In this document: one piece after another, positions 54,908 through 64,000 of the stretch
How the letters are laid out: each line of letters opens with the position of its first letter
How positions within the stretch are numbered: position 1 is the stretch's first letter
NCBI GenBank assembly: GCA_963762745.1
Contig: CAVXMB010000001.1
Span: 35,301-99,300, forward strand
Source: an uncultured Actinomycetota bacterium
Lineage (GTDB): Bacteria; Actinomycetota; UBA4738; HRBIN12
DNA: 64,000 bases
Reading direction: 5' to 3'
Translations under genes and position numbers: made by a program
The notes under the pieces: model-generated
Database searches by the model: none
What the model was told of the DNA's origin: nothing
What the model saw: the letters and a program-made list of their open reading frames with translations, nothing else

Positions 54908-55868
54908 TGCACCCCGAGATGTCGTCCGTCTCGCGCAGGAGCGTGCGGGTGCGCGTGCCTCCGGCGACTACTCGGCGGCAGACGCGCTTCGCGACCAGAT
55001 CGCCGAGGCGGGATGGACCGTCGTCGACGAACCCGATGGCTACCGATTGGAGGCTGTCGCCGAAGAGGCGGAGCCGGTCGTCCGCCTGCGCGCGAGCGAC
55101 GTCTCCTCCGTCCTCGAGCACGAGCCCGACATGGATGCGACCGTCCACTGGGTCTGCGAAGGCTGGCCCGAGGACATCGAACGGGCGATCGCCGGTTTCC
55201 GCGCGAACGAGGGAGGCCGGTCAGTGCAATACGTCGTCGCCGACACCACCGACCGGGAGCCCACCGCCTGGGGCACCGGGGTCGAGGTCGTCTGGCTCGA
55301 AGAAGGGACGGGTTGGGGAGCCGCCCGGAACGCCGGGCTCAAGCGCACGCGCGGCCGCACCGTGCTGGTGATGGACGGTTCGGTGGAACCCACCGGCGAC
55401 GTCTTCGCGCCGCTCGAATCGGCGCTCGCGGAAGGCACCGTGGGCATCTGCGGGCCCTACGGGATCGTGACCCACGATCTCCGCCAGTTCGACGAGGCGA
55501 GCGACGGCGACGTCGACGCGATCGAGGGGTACCTGATGGCGATGCGACGGGAGACGTTGGTCGCTGCGGGCCTCTTCGACGAGAAGTTCCGGTGGTACCG
55601 GACCGCCGACATCGAATACTCGTTCCGCGTGAAGGACCTCGATCGGCGGGCGACGGTCGTCGATCTCCCCGTCACCAAGCACGAGCACCGGATGTGGTTC
55701 CACACGAAGCCCGCGGATCGGGCGAAGTGGTCGAAGAAGAACTTCTATCGGTTCCTCGACCGATTCCGCGACCGCTGGGACCTCTTGGTTGACCCGCTCC
55801 CCGACGACGAACGTCCCCACCGACACGGGCACGAGGAGCACGACCACACGGACGACGAGAAGGCGTAG
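54900..55868 (+). CDS. glycosyltransferase-family-2-like protein with N-terminal CysRS-C-terminal-like module and His-rich tail
   Basis: Start at MPDAPRDVVRLAQER (8-nt overlap with the upstream gene), the 3' part of track ORF 54510..55868. 'GWGAARNAGL' and 'VLVMDGSVEP' are GT-A-like. Tail is RPHRHGHEEHDHTDDEKA. Confidence 0.6.
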   Translation: MPDAPRDVVRLAQERAGARASGDYSAADALRDQIAEAGWTVVDEPDGYRLEAVAEEAEPVVRLRASDVSSVLEHEPDMDATVHWVCEGWPEDIERAIAGFRANEGGRSVQYVVADTTDREPTAWGTGVEVVWLEEGTGWGAARNAGLKRTRGRTVLVMDGSVEPTGDVFAPLESALAEGTVGICGPYGIVTHDLRQFDEASDGDVDAIEGYLMAMRRETLVAAGLFDEKFRWYRTADIEYSFRVKDLDRRATVVDLPVTKHEHRMWFHTKPADRAKWSKKNFYRFLDRFRDRWDLLVDPLPDDERPHRHGHEEHDHTDDEKA

Positions 55869-57878
55869 CTACTCGGTGGCGGGCATCGGCGGCGCCGGCG
55901 GGATCGACACGGCGCGCGCCACGGCCGTCGGCTCGGCGGGGACCGTGTCTCGCTCGTCCGAAGGCTCGGGCCGCGAGATGGGCCTGATCGTCGCCGGGTC
56001 GGGGATCTCCTTCGTGCCCTCCGCGTAGGCCTTCAGCTCGTCCCCGTCGATCACCTCGGTGGCGATCAGCAACGCGGACAACCTGTTCAGCAGGTCGCGA
56101 TTCGCCTCGAGGATCCGCTCGGCACGCACGTGCGCCTCGTCCAGGAGCCGCCGCACCTCCTTGTCGATCAGCTCGGCAGTGTGCGCGCTCACCTTGGGCA
56201 TCGCGCCAGGCATCCACGCGTTCGGGTCGTCCCTGCCCAGCGAGATCGGTCCGACCGCGTCGCTCATCCCGAACTGCGAGACCATCGCGCGGGCGAGGTC
56301 GGTCGCCTTCTCGAGGTCGTTCTGGGCGCCTGTGGAGATCACGCCATCGAAGTACAGCTCCTCGGCCGCCTGGCCGCCCATCGCGAACGCCATCTGATCC
56401 TTCAGCTGGGGCTCGGTCACGACGTATCGATCCTCCAACGGTCGCGTCATCGTGATCCCCAGCGCCGCCGCGCCGCGCGGGATGATGGTGACCCGGTGCA
56501 GCGGGTCGATCTCCGGGCAATTGAGAGCGACGAGCGCATGCCCCATCTCGTGCACCGCGACGCGCTCCTTCTGCTTGTCGGAGACGACCCGTGACTTCCG
56601 CTCGAGACCCGCCGTGGCGCGGTCGATCGCCTCCTCGAGCTCCTCCATCGTCACGGAGTTCTTCTCGCGGCGGGCAGCGAGCAACGCCGCTTCGTTGACG
56701 ACGTTCTCGAGGTCGGCGCCCGTGAACCCGGGGGTCCTGGCGGCGATCGTCTTCAGGTCGACGCCCGGATCGAGCGCCACGCCGCGCGAATGGACGCGGA
56801 GGATCTCCTCACGCCCGCGCAGGTCCGGGAGGTCGACCACGACCTGGCGGTCGAAGCGTCCCGGACGGATCAGGGCCGGGTCCAGCACGTCCGGGCGGTT
56901 GGTCGCCGCCATGATGATCACGCCCTTGGAGGCGTCGAAGCCGTCCATCTCGACGAGGAGCTGGTTCAGCGTCTGCTCTCGCTCGTCGTGCCCGCCGAAG
57001 CTGCCGCTCATCGGGCCCGCGCGCCCCTTCCCGATCGTGTCGATCTCGTCGAGGAAGACCAGGGCCGGCGCTTTCTCTTTCGCCTGCTGGAAGAGCTCGC
57101 GGACACGGGCGGCGCCGAGGCCCACGAACATCTCGACGAACTCGGAGCCCGACATGAAGAAGAACGGCACGTTCGCCTCGCCGGCGACGGCGCGTGCGAG
57201 CAACGTCTTCCCGCACCCGGGCGGCCCGAGCAGCAGGACGCCCTTGGGGATCCGGCCGCCGAGCCGCTGGTATTTCTTCGGGTTCTTCAGGAAGTCGACG
57301 ATCTCGCGGAGCTCCTCTTTGGCCTCGTCCACGCCCGCGACGTCGGCGAACGAGGTCTTCATCTCCTTGCGGTCGTAGATCTTGACCTTGTTCCGTCCGA
57401 GGTTCAGCGCCGACGTCGCGCCGCCGCCGATCCGTCGGAAGAGGAAGTAGTAGAGACCTCCGAACAGGGCGATGAACAGCACGGTCTGCACGATGAAGCC
57501 GGTGAGCGCGTTCGGCTGCGTCCCATCGACCTCGTAGCCCTGATCGGAGAGCTGGTCGACCAGCTCGGTGGGGTCGTAGCCCGGAGGGATGGTCGCGATG
57601 AACGCCTGCTCACCTTCGGACGTGCGCCTCACACCGGAGACCGTCGTGGTCGTGATCGTGACGGGCTTGTCCTTGTTCTTCACCAGGTCGCCGTCGGCGA
57701 CGGCCGCTCGGAACTCCGAGAACGAGATCTTGTCCACCGCTGCCTGGGTGAGGAACGTGTTGAAGACGAACAGCGCGCCTGCCACGAGGAGCACGACCAG
57801 CAGTGCGGATCGTGGCCTCGGCTGAGGCGCACCGGCTGCGGGGCGGCGTCCGAAGGGATTCTTGTCCTGCTCGGGCAT
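55869..57878 (-). CDS. ftsH: ATP-dependent zinc metalloprotease FtsH
   Basis: Start at [10 protein letters not shown] (669 aa) within track ORF 55869..58067. Walker A 'GPPGCGKT', SRH region, zinc site 'HEMGHAL'. Confidence 0.9.
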   Translation of the reverse strand: MPEQDKNPFGRRPAAGAPQPRPRSALLVVLLVAGALFVFNTFLTQAAVDKISFSEFRAAVADGDLVKNKDKPVTITTTTVSGVRRTSEGEQAFIATIPPGYDPTELVDQLSDQGYEVDGTQPNALTGFIVQTVLFIALFGGLYYFLFRRIGGGATSALNLGRNKVKIYDRKEMKTSFADVAGVDEAKEELREIVDFLKNPKKYQRLGGRIPKGVLLLGPPGCGKTLLARAVAGEANVPFFFMSGSEFVEMFVGLGAARVRELFQQAKEKAPALVFLDEIDTIGKGRAGPMSGSFGGHDEREQTLNQLLVEMDGFDASKGVIIMAATNRPDVLDPALIRPGRFDRQVVVDLPDLRGREEILRVHSRGVALDPGVDLKTIAARTPGFTGADLENVVNEAALLAARREKNSVTMEELEEAIDRATAGLERKSRVVSDKQKERVAVHEMGHALVALNCPEIDPLHRVTIIPRGAAALGITMTRPLEDRYVVTEPQLKDQMAFAMGGQAAEELYFDGVISTGAQNDLEKATDLARAMVSQFGMSDAVGPISLGRDDPNAWMPGAMPKVSAHTAELIDKEVRRLLDEAHVRAERILEANRDLLNRLSALLIATEVIDGDELKAYAEGTKEIPDPATIRPISRPEPSDERDTVPAEPTAVARAVSIPPAPPMPATE

Positions 57879-57957
57879 GGCCCAATCTTCCCACCGCCTT
57901 GTAGTTGTGACGACCGACGAGGGCGCCGGCGGACCGACCAGGGATACTGGAGCTCGT

Positions 57958-58551
57958 ATGGCGAACGCGAGCAGCGCGCCGGCACCGGCCGAACAGGACC
58001 TCGTGGAGCGGTTCGAGCGAGACGCTCTGCCCCTGCTCCCCGGCCTGTACGGGGCCGCCCTCCGCATGACGCGGAACCCGGCCGATGCGGAGGATCTGCT
58101 GCAGGAGGCGACCCTCCGCGCCTACCGCGGATTCGCCTCGTTCCAGGAGGGGACCAACCTGAAGGCCTGGCTCTATCGGATCCTCACGAACTCGTTCATC
58201 AACACGTATCGCAAGAAGCAGCGCGAACCGAAGACGGTGGACGGCCCCGAGGACCTCGATGAGTGGTTCCTGTACGACCGGCTGGGCTCCCAGAGCGTGG
58301 AGCGGTCGGCCGAGGAGGACGTGCTCGAGAACATCCCGGACGCCGACGTGAAAGCGGCGCTCGAGTCGATCCCCGAGAATTTCAGGATGGCGGTGTTGCT
58401 GGCCGATGTGGAAGGCTTCTCGTACAAGGAGATCGCGGAGATCACCGATGTTCCCATCGGGACCGTGATGTCGCGCCTGCACCGGGGAAGGAAAGCCCTG
58501 GAGAAGGCGTTGTACGGCGTGGCCAAGGAGCGAGGACTCGTCGATGGGTGA
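57958..58551 (+). CDS. sigH: ECF sigma factor, SigH/SigR-like
   Basis: Start at [19 protein letters not shown]. Region 2 '[16 protein letters not shown]...WLYRILTN'. Region 4 '[28 protein letters not shown]'. Confidence 0.85.
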   Translation: MANASSAPAPAEQDLVERFERDALPLLPGLYGAALRMTRNPADAEDLLQEATLRAYRGFASFQEGTNLKAWLYRILTNSFINTYRKKQREPKTVDGPEDLDEWFLYDRLGSQSVERSAEEDVLENIPDADVKAALESIPENFRMAVLLADVEGFSYKEIAEITDVPIGTVMSRLHRGRKALEKALYGVAKERGLVDG

Positions 58552-58789
58552 GAAGAGCGACATGGGTTGTCAGGAGACGTTGCGCGAGGTCGAGCGCTAC
58601 GTCGACGGTGAGTGCCTCCGGGAGCTCACGGTCCAGCTCGAAGCCCATCTCGCGGGGTGTACGGACTGCAACAACCACGTCGAGTTCCAGCGGCACCTGA
58701 AGATCCTCGTCGCCACGAAGTGTGGCGAATCGCTCCCGGAGGGGCTGGCGGAGCGGATCCGCGAGCGGATCCGCTCCGCCAACCCCTAG
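58544..58789 (+). CDS. rsrA: ZAS-family anti-sigma factor (RsrA/RshA-like)
   Basis: 81 aa with an 8-nt overlap with sigH. Early Cys (MGCQETL), then 'HLAGCTDC' = HxxxCxxC zinc/redox motif. Confidence 0.8.
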   Translation: MGEKSDMGCQETLREVERYVDGECLRELTVQLEAHLAGCTDCNNHVEFQRHLKILVATKCGESLPEGLAERIRERIRSANP

Positions 58790-58824
58790 CGGTACCATCC
58801 GGCGCCCGGCTAGCATCCCTCCGC

Positions 58825-59550
58825 ATGATCGACGTCGCCGACCTCGGAACGATCCTGGGCGTCTGGGCGCACCCCGACGACGACATCTACCTCTCCGCCG
58901 GCCTGATGGCGGCCGCCGTTGCACAGGGCCAGCGGGTCGTGGACGTCACCGCCACGCGCGGTGAGGGTGGATCGATGGACGAGGAGCGGTGGCCGCCCGA
59001 GTCCATGGGCGACGTCCGGACCAACGAGCTCCTCCGGAGCCTCGACGTCCTCGGGGTGAAGGAGCACCACTTCCTCGAGGGCCCGGTCGACATCGACATG
59101 GAGACGGGCCTCGACCCGGGCGGCGAAGATCAGGTTCGTCGGATCATGGAGGACATGAGTCCCGACACGGTCCTCACGTTCGGGCCCGAGGGGATGACCG
59201 GCCACGTGGCGCACCAGGACGTGTCGCGGTGGGCCGGCGAAGCGTTCGCCCAGGTCGCGAAGCCCGGCGCGCGTCTCTACCACGCCGTTTTCCCGACGAG
59301 CATGGCCGAGGAGTGGCTCGAGAAGCTCGCGCCGTTCAACATCTTCCTTCCCGGGACGCCGAACGTCGTGCCGGACGACGAGATCGACCTGTACTTCGAA
59401 CTCCCGCCCGCGAACCTCGATCAGAAGATCGCCTCGATCAAGGAGCACGCCAGCCAGATCGAAGCCCTCCACGAGGTCTTCGGCGACGAGGGCTTCCGCC
59501 GCTTCATGGCGAAGGAGGGTTTCGTGCTGGCGGCCACGAAGGAGCCGTGA
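58825..59550 (+). CDS. PIG-L/LmbE-family deacetylase (second paralogue)
   Basis: Start at MIDVADLGTILGVWAHPDDDIYLSAG, the 3' part of track ORF 58612..59550. 'GHVAHQD' later. Confidence 0.8.
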   Translation: MIDVADLGTILGVWAHPDDDIYLSAGLMAAAVAQGQRVVDVTATRGEGGSMDEERWPPESMGDVRTNELLRSLDVLGVKEHHFLEGPVDIDMETGLDPGGEDQVRRIMEDMSPDTVLTFGPEGMTGHVAHQDVSRWAGEAFAQVAKPGARLYHAVFPTSMAEEWLEKLAPFNIFLPGTPNVVPDDEIDLYFELPPANLDQKIASIKEHASQIEALHEVFGDEGFRRFMAKEGFVLAATKEP

Positions 59551-61073
59551 TGATCGAGCGCCCGGAACCCGTCCGCGATCTCGACTGGGATCCGAAGCGC
59601 GCCCGTGCGTTCACCGATGGCGTCGTGGACATCTACGAGGAGTTGCTGACCAGGCTCCGCGATCTGCCGGTCTCGGGCAGCTGGGGGGTCCAGGAGGTCC
59701 GCGACGCCGTCGTGATCCCCGTCCCCGACGACCCCATGCCCGAGGACGAGCTCCTCGAGTACCTGAGCCGGATCACGTTCGACTACTCCGGATACCTCGG
59801 GCATCCGCGGTTCTACGCCTATATCTCCGGGGCCGGAACGGTGCCCGGCGCAGCGGCAGACCTGCTGGCGTCCGGACTCAACGGGAACGCGGGGGGATGG
59901 CGCCTCGCGCCTGCGGCGACCGAGATCGAGCTGGGGTTCGCTCGCTGGTTCGCGCAAGAGGTGTTCGGGTTGCCTTCGACCGCCGGTGGCGCGCTCACGT
60001 CCGGAGGTGCGATGGCGAACTTCATCGCGCTGAAGGTGGCGCGAGACGCGAAGGCGGGGTGGGACATCCGCAAGGAGGGCGTGGCCGCCGGACCGACACT
60101 CGCCGTGTACGTGTCGACCGAGACGCACATCGTCTCGATCCGGGGCGCGGACATGCTGGGCCTGGGGATGGACAACGTCCGGCAGATCGCCGTCGGCGAC
60201 GACTACCGCATCCGCGTGGACGAGCTTCGCGCGAAGATCGCCGAAGATCGCGCCGCGGGCATCCACCCGATCGCGGTGGTGGCCAACGGCGGCACCGTCT
60301 CGACCGGCGTGGTGGATCCGCTCGAGGAGATCGCGGACCTCTGCGATGAGGAAGACCTCTGGTTCCACGTCGACGCCGCGTACGGCGGTCCCGCGATGCT
60401 CGCGGACGATCTGCGTCCGCTGTTCGCGGGGATCGAGCGCGCTGACTCGATCGCGTTCGACCCGCACAAGTGGCTCTACACGCCGCAGTCGGGAGGCTGC
60501 ATCGTGGTCCGAGACTTCGAGCTGATGCGGCGTGCCTTCGACGTCGACTACGTGGCCTACGTCGTGAAGGACGAGGAGCACACCGACTGGGGCGTCGACC
60601 TCGGGCGTCACTCGCCGAATTTCAGCCGAGGTTTCTGGGCCCTCAAGGTCTGGGTCTCGCTCCTCGCGCACGGTCGGACGGCGTACGGGCGACGGATCTC
60701 CCACGACGCGGCGCTCGCGCGCTACCTGGGTGCTCGTGCGGAGGAGCACGAGGAGTTCGAGTTGATGACCCCGGTCGGCCTCTCGATCACCTGCTTCAGA
60801 TACGTGCCGACAGACCTCTCCTCCTCCGATTCTCGGCACGACGAACAAGGACGTGAGGAGTACCTCGATCTGCTGAACAACCGGCTGATGACGGAGATCC
60901 AGCTCGATGGTCGCGTCTACTGCTCGAACGCGGTGCTCGGCGATCGGTTCTGTCTCCGGTCCTGCATCGTGAACTACCGGACGGAGGCCGAGGACATGGA
61001 CGCGCTGCTGGATGTTGCGTCGGAGCTCGGCGCGAAGCTCGACGTCGAGCTCCGCCCGGAGGCGTTGCGATGA
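59550..61073 (+). CDS. PLP-dependent group II amino-acid decarboxylase
   Basis: Start at MIERPEPVRDLDW (TGATG overlap). 'HPRFYAYISG', 'TSGGAMANF' and PLP-lysine motif 'FDPHKWLY'. It is the 3' part of track ORF 58989..61073. Confidence 0.85.
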   Translation: MIERPEPVRDLDWDPKRARAFTDGVVDIYEELLTRLRDLPVSGSWGVQEVRDAVVIPVPDDPMPEDELLEYLSRITFDYSGYLGHPRFYAYISGAGTVPGAAADLLASGLNGNAGGWRLAPAATEIELGFARWFAQEVFGLPSTAGGALTSGGAMANFIALKVARDAKAGWDIRKEGVAAGPTLAVYVSTETHIVSIRGADMLGLGMDNVRQIAVGDDYRIRVDELRAKIAEDRAAGIHPIAVVANGGTVSTGVVDPLEEIADLCDEEDLWFHVDAAYGGPAMLADDLRPLFAGIERADSIAFDPHKWLYTPQSGGCIVVRDFELMRRAFDVDYVAYVVKDEEHTDWGVDLGRHSPNFSRGFWALKVWVSLLAHGRTAYGRRISHDAALARYLGARAEEHEEFELMTPVGLSITCFRYVPTDLSSSDSRHDEQGREEYLDLLNNRLMTEIQLDGRVYCSNAVLGDRFCLRSCIVNYRTEAEDMDALLDVASELGAKLDVELRPEALR

Positions 61074-61783
61074 CCTGGTGGTCGCTCCTCGGCTCGGGTG
61101 AGTTCCAGCCGTGGTCGGAGCCGGTCGACCGGCGCTTGGTGGCCGAGGCCGATGGCGACGGCCGCGTGCTGATCCTCCCCACCGCTTCCGCCCCGGAGGG
61201 CAAGGACGTGTTCGAACGCTGGGGATCGCTCGGCCTCGCGCACTTCTCTCGCCTCGACATCCCCTCCGAGGTGCTGGATCTCAAGACGCGGGAGGACTCA
61301 GACGACCCTCGGCTGATCGACCGGTTGGAGGGTGCCTCGGCGGTGTACTTCTCCGGCGGGAACCCTGCCTACCTGGCGGCGACGCTCGCCGAAAGCGATT
61401 TCCTGGACGCGTTGTTGAAGCAACTGGGCCGTGGCATGGCGTACGCGGGATGCAGCGCCGGCGTCGCCTGTCTCAACGAGATCACGTTCGACAGCGACAC
61501 CACCGAGATGGGCGAGGTCTGGAAGCCCGGCCTCGATCTCGTCCCTCGATCGCTGTTCGCGCCGCACTGGGACATGGTCGAGACGTGGATCCCGGGCGCG
61601 CGCGATTTCATCATCGGATCGGTTCCCGACGGATACACCTTCGTGGGCCTGGACGAGGACACGGCCATGCTCGGAGACGGCGCGGCTTGGGAGGTTCTGG
61701 GCAAGAGCGGCATCCACGTGCGGACCGACGGCACCGAGTCGACGTATCGCGACGGTGACCGCTTCGACCTGGCGCTGATCTGA
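61070..61783 (+). CDS. peptidase S51 (cyanophycinase / dipeptidase E)-like, class-I glutamine-amidotransferase fold
   Basis: 237 aa. ATGA overlap with the decarboxylase stop. 'VYFSGGNPAYL' and 'YAGCSAGVACL' resemble the S51 Ser-nucleophile region. Confidence 0.6.
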   Translation: MTWWSLLGSGEFQPWSEPVDRRLVAEADGDGRVLILPTASAPEGKDVFERWGSLGLAHFSRLDIPSEVLDLKTREDSDDPRLIDRLEGASAVYFSGGNPAYLAATLAESDFLDALLKQLGRGMAYAGCSAGVACLNEITFDSDTTEMGEVWKPGLDLVPRSLFAPHWDMVETWIPGARDFIIGSVPDGYTFVGLDEDTAMLGDGAAWEVLGKSGIHVRTDGTESTYRDGDRFDLALI

Positions 61784-61787
61784 GGGG

Positions 61788-62408
61788 GTGGCGACGATGG
61801 AGGAGATGTACCACGACGGGAATCGAGAGCTGCAGGATCGCTTCGACACACGACGGCTCGCCGACCGGATCGAGGACGTGTTGGTCCATGACGCCTTCAC
61901 TGAGCACGACCGCGCGTTCGTCGAGACGCGGGACATGTTCTTCCTCGCCACGGCCGATGAGGACGGCAAGCCGAACGTGAGCTACAAGGGCGGTGACCCG
62001 GGATTCATCCGGGTCGTCGACGAGCACACGCTGGCCTTCCCCAACTACAACGGCAACGGGATGTACCTGTCCGCCGGAAATCTGCTCCGGAACCCGCACG
62101 TCGGGATCCTTTTCATCGACTTCGAGCGGCGGAACCGGATGCGCGTGAACGGCGAGGCTTCCGTCGACTTCGACGACGAGCTCCGCTCCCGCTGGCCGGA
62201 GGCGCAATTCGTGGTCCGGGTCCGGGCGCGCGAGATCTTCCCGAACTGCCCCCGCTACGTGCATCGCTACCAGAAGGTCGCTACCTCCGAATTCGTTCCG
62301 CGGGAGGACTGCGAGACGCCGGTGCCGTCGTGGAAGCGGGCCGAGTGGGCCGTCGACGTCCTGCCCGAGGGCGACCCCGCGCTCGATCCGGACGCGACCG
62401 TCGTTTGA
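61788..62408 (+). CDS. pyridoxamine-5'-phosphate-oxidase-family (split barrel, flavin/F420-binding) protein
   Basis: 206 aa. 'MFFLATADEDGKPNVSYKGG...FPNYNGNGMYLSAGN'. Starts 4 nt after the previous gene. Confidence 0.75.
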   Translation: MATMEEMYHDGNRELQDRFDTRRLADRIEDVLVHDAFTEHDRAFVETRDMFFLATADEDGKPNVSYKGGDPGFIRVVDEHTLAFPNYNGNGMYLSAGNLLRNPHVGILFIDFERRNRMRVNGEASVDFDDELRSRWPEAQFVVRVRAREIFPNCPRYVHRYQKVATSEFVPREDCETPVPSWKRAEWAVDVLPEGDPALDPDATVV

Positions 62409-62432
62409 GGAGACCCAAGTAGCATCTCGCGC

Positions 62433-63092
62433 GTGCCCGCAAAGCAGCTGACGCGAGACGACCCGATCGAGTTGCGCGCGCCCGCGATCATCCGGCGCCT
62501 CTCCGACGCGTACCCGGACGCGAAGGTCGCCCTGAAGTTCACGAACCCATTGGAGTGCCTCGTCGCGACGGTCCTCTCGGCGCAATCCACCGATGAGACG
62601 GTGAACCGGGTCACGGCGACGCTGTTCCAGAAATACCGGACCGCCGAGGACTACCTGCGCGTCCCCGAGGACGAGCTGAAGGCGGACATCCACGCGACCG
62701 GGTTCTTCAACCAGAAGGCGATCTCGATCCGAGAGGCGTGCCGCCGGATCGTCGAGGAGTACGGCGGCGAGGTCCCCGGCACGATGGAGGACCTGATCAC
62801 GCTGCGCGGCGTAGCGCGCAAGACCGCGAACATCGTGCTCGGGAACTCGTTCGGCGTCGTCGAGGGGATCGCGGTGGACACGCACGTGAACCGCCTCGCG
62901 AACCGGCTCGGCTTCTCGGAGCAGAAGGACCCAGTGAAGATCGAGCAGGACCTGATGCGCCTGATCCCGAAGGAACGCTGGTTCGACTTCACCTATGTGC
63001 TGATCGATCACGGCCGGACGATCTGCACCGCGAAGAAGCCGCGCTGTCCTGAGTGCCCGGTTGAGCCGTTGTGTCCGGCCAGCCAGGCGTGA
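62433..63092 (+). CDS. nth: endonuclease III
   Basis: 219 aa. 'LVATVLSAQSTD', HhH 'LITLRGVARKTANIVL', 'VDTHV', and 4Fe-4S ligands C-x6-C-x2-C-x5-C (CTAKKPRCPECPVEPLC). Confidence 0.9.
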   Translation: MPAKQLTRDDPIELRAPAIIRRLSDAYPDAKVALKFTNPLECLVATVLSAQSTDETVNRVTATLFQKYRTAEDYLRVPEDELKADIHATGFFNQKAISIREACRRIVEEYGGEVPGTMEDLITLRGVARKTANIVLGNSFGVVEGIAVDTHVNRLANRLGFSEQKDPVKIEQDLMRLIPKERWFDFTYVLIDHGRTICTAKKPRCPECPVEPLCPASQA

Positions 63093-63835
63093 GCGTCGAG
63101 CGGCCGGCTCGGCCGATGGTCGTTGCCCATCGAGGGGCGTCGATCGAGGAGCCCGAGAACACGATCGCTGGCTTCGAAGCGGCGATCGACGCCGGCGCGG
63201 ACGCCGTCGAGTTCGACGTCCGCATGACAGCCGACGGATATGCGGTCGTGATGCACGACCCCGACGTCTCGCGAACGACCGATGGGACCGGGCTGGTGTC
63301 GGAGATGACGCTCGAGGAGATCCGGAAGCTGGGCGTGCCGACACTCGAGGAGGCTCTTGAGTGTCTCGCCGGCCGCGCCGCTGCAGACATCGAGATCAAG
63401 AATCTGCCCGGGGAGCCCGGCTTCACATCGGATCGGGAGGCTGCAGTCGAAGCCACGCTCGATGCCTTAGATGCAGTGAGCTTCCCCGGCCAGGTGATCG
63501 TCTCCAGCTTCAACCCCGCGTCCATCGCACACAGTCGGGCTCTCCGCCCCGATGTCCCGACCGGGCTGCTCACCGAGTACGAGGTCGATGCAGAGGAAGC
63601 CCTCGCGAGAGCTACAACGCAAGGCCACCCGTGGGTCCTGCCGTTCGTGCTGAAGGTCCTCGAGGCGAGCGACGGTTTCGCCGATCGGGTCCACGCCGCA
63701 GTCGCGCTCCTGGGCGTGTGGATCGCAGACGATCCCGAGACCGCGCGGAGGCTATTCGAGCTCGGCGCCGACGCTGTCGCCACGAACGACCCGCGCGCGA
63801 TCGTCGCCATTCGCGACGAGGCTGTTCTCACGTGA
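63089..63835 (+). CDS. glycerophosphodiester phosphodiesterase
   Basis: 'VVAHRGASIEEPENT' and 'EFDVRMTADGYAVVMHD' GDPD motifs. Start uncertain: GTG 63089 (GTGA overlap with nth), GTG 63071 or ATG 63116. Confidence 0.85.
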   Translation: MSVERPARPMVVAHRGASIEEPENTIAGFEAAIDAGADAVEFDVRMTADGYAVVMHDPDVSRTTDGTGLVSEMTLEEIRKLGVPTLEEALECLAGRAAADIEIKNLPGEPGFTSDREAAVEATLDALDAVSFPGQVIVSSFNPASIAHSRALRPDVPTGLLTEYEVDAEEALARATTQGHPWVLPFVLKVLEASDGFADRVHAAVALLGVWIADDPETARRLFELGADAVATNDPRAIVAIRDEAVLT

Positions 63836-64000
63836 GGTACGAGGTTCGGATCCAGGAGATCGACGGGTCATTCGACATCGTGTCCGTCTGGGCGCCCTCC
63901 GAAGCAGAAGCCATCGACCTCGCCTTTTCGTGGATCGACTACGTGGAGCGCCGACCCCTTTACGGGCAGCCCGCTTCCGCAAGGGTTATCGGCTCTTCTC
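63832..64000 (+). CDS. possible CDS start, runs off the window (hypothetical)
   Basis: GTG 63832 overlaps the upstream TGA (GTGA). Hand translation VRYEVRIQEIDGSFDIVSVWAPSEAEAIDLAFSWIDYVERRPLYGQPASARVIGSS has no stop before the window end. Confidence 0.25.
   Translation, partial: MRYEVRIQEIDGSFDIVSVWAPSEAEAIDLAFSWIDYVERRPLYGQPASARVIGSS

Noticed and set aside
57882-57906. SigH/SigR-type autoregulatory promoter upstream of sigH (CCAAT-N17-GTT)
   Set aside because: It deviates from GGAAT-N18/19-GTT in both the -35 element and the spacing. It is too weak to call without a matrix scan or TSS data.

Overview
High-GC (by eye about two-thirds G+C or more, not computed), very gene-dense chromosomal segment. 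The content points to core actinobacterial genome: an Lsr2-N-like nucleoid protein, an ECF SigH-like sigma next to a ZAS anti-sigma (RsrA type), two LmbE/PIG-L deacetylases, the PDZ-Lon + UPF0182 gene pair, LigD/Ku NHEJ, and F420/deazaflavin-type enzyme families. I support about 70 protein-coding genes, one tRNA (initiator-type tRNA-Met) and a handful of hairpins, palindromes and promoter-like sites. I saw no rRNA, CRISPR array, transposase, integrase or phage genes. Many long ORF-track entries are off-frame or antisense shadows typical of high-GC DNA. Several are chimeras in which only the 3' part is a real gene, and I re-picked those starts from motifs, RBSs and stop/start overlaps. All family calls come from motif recognition and memory; nothing was searched. 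Observations most worth follow-up: (1) an unannotated 17-codon leader ORF with a W-F-F-Y-F run plus a GC hairpin/U-tract and alternative pairings directly upstream of the DAHP synthase gene, which looks like ribosome-mediated attenuation; (2) an NHEJ locus where LigD faces a tightly packed string HD-GYP / Ku / tandem-GNAT / PII / GlnD; (3) an HD-GYP membrane protein ending in 33-bp (11-aa) tandem repeats; (4) an Lsr2-N-like protein with three AT-hooks; (5) a 58-bp near-perfect palindrome upstream of a MarR-like gene; (6) a translationally coupled PIG-L / PLP-decarboxylase / S51-peptidase / PNPOx-like operon just downstream of sigH-rsrA. I cannot point to a clear-cut new defence or mobile system in this window.
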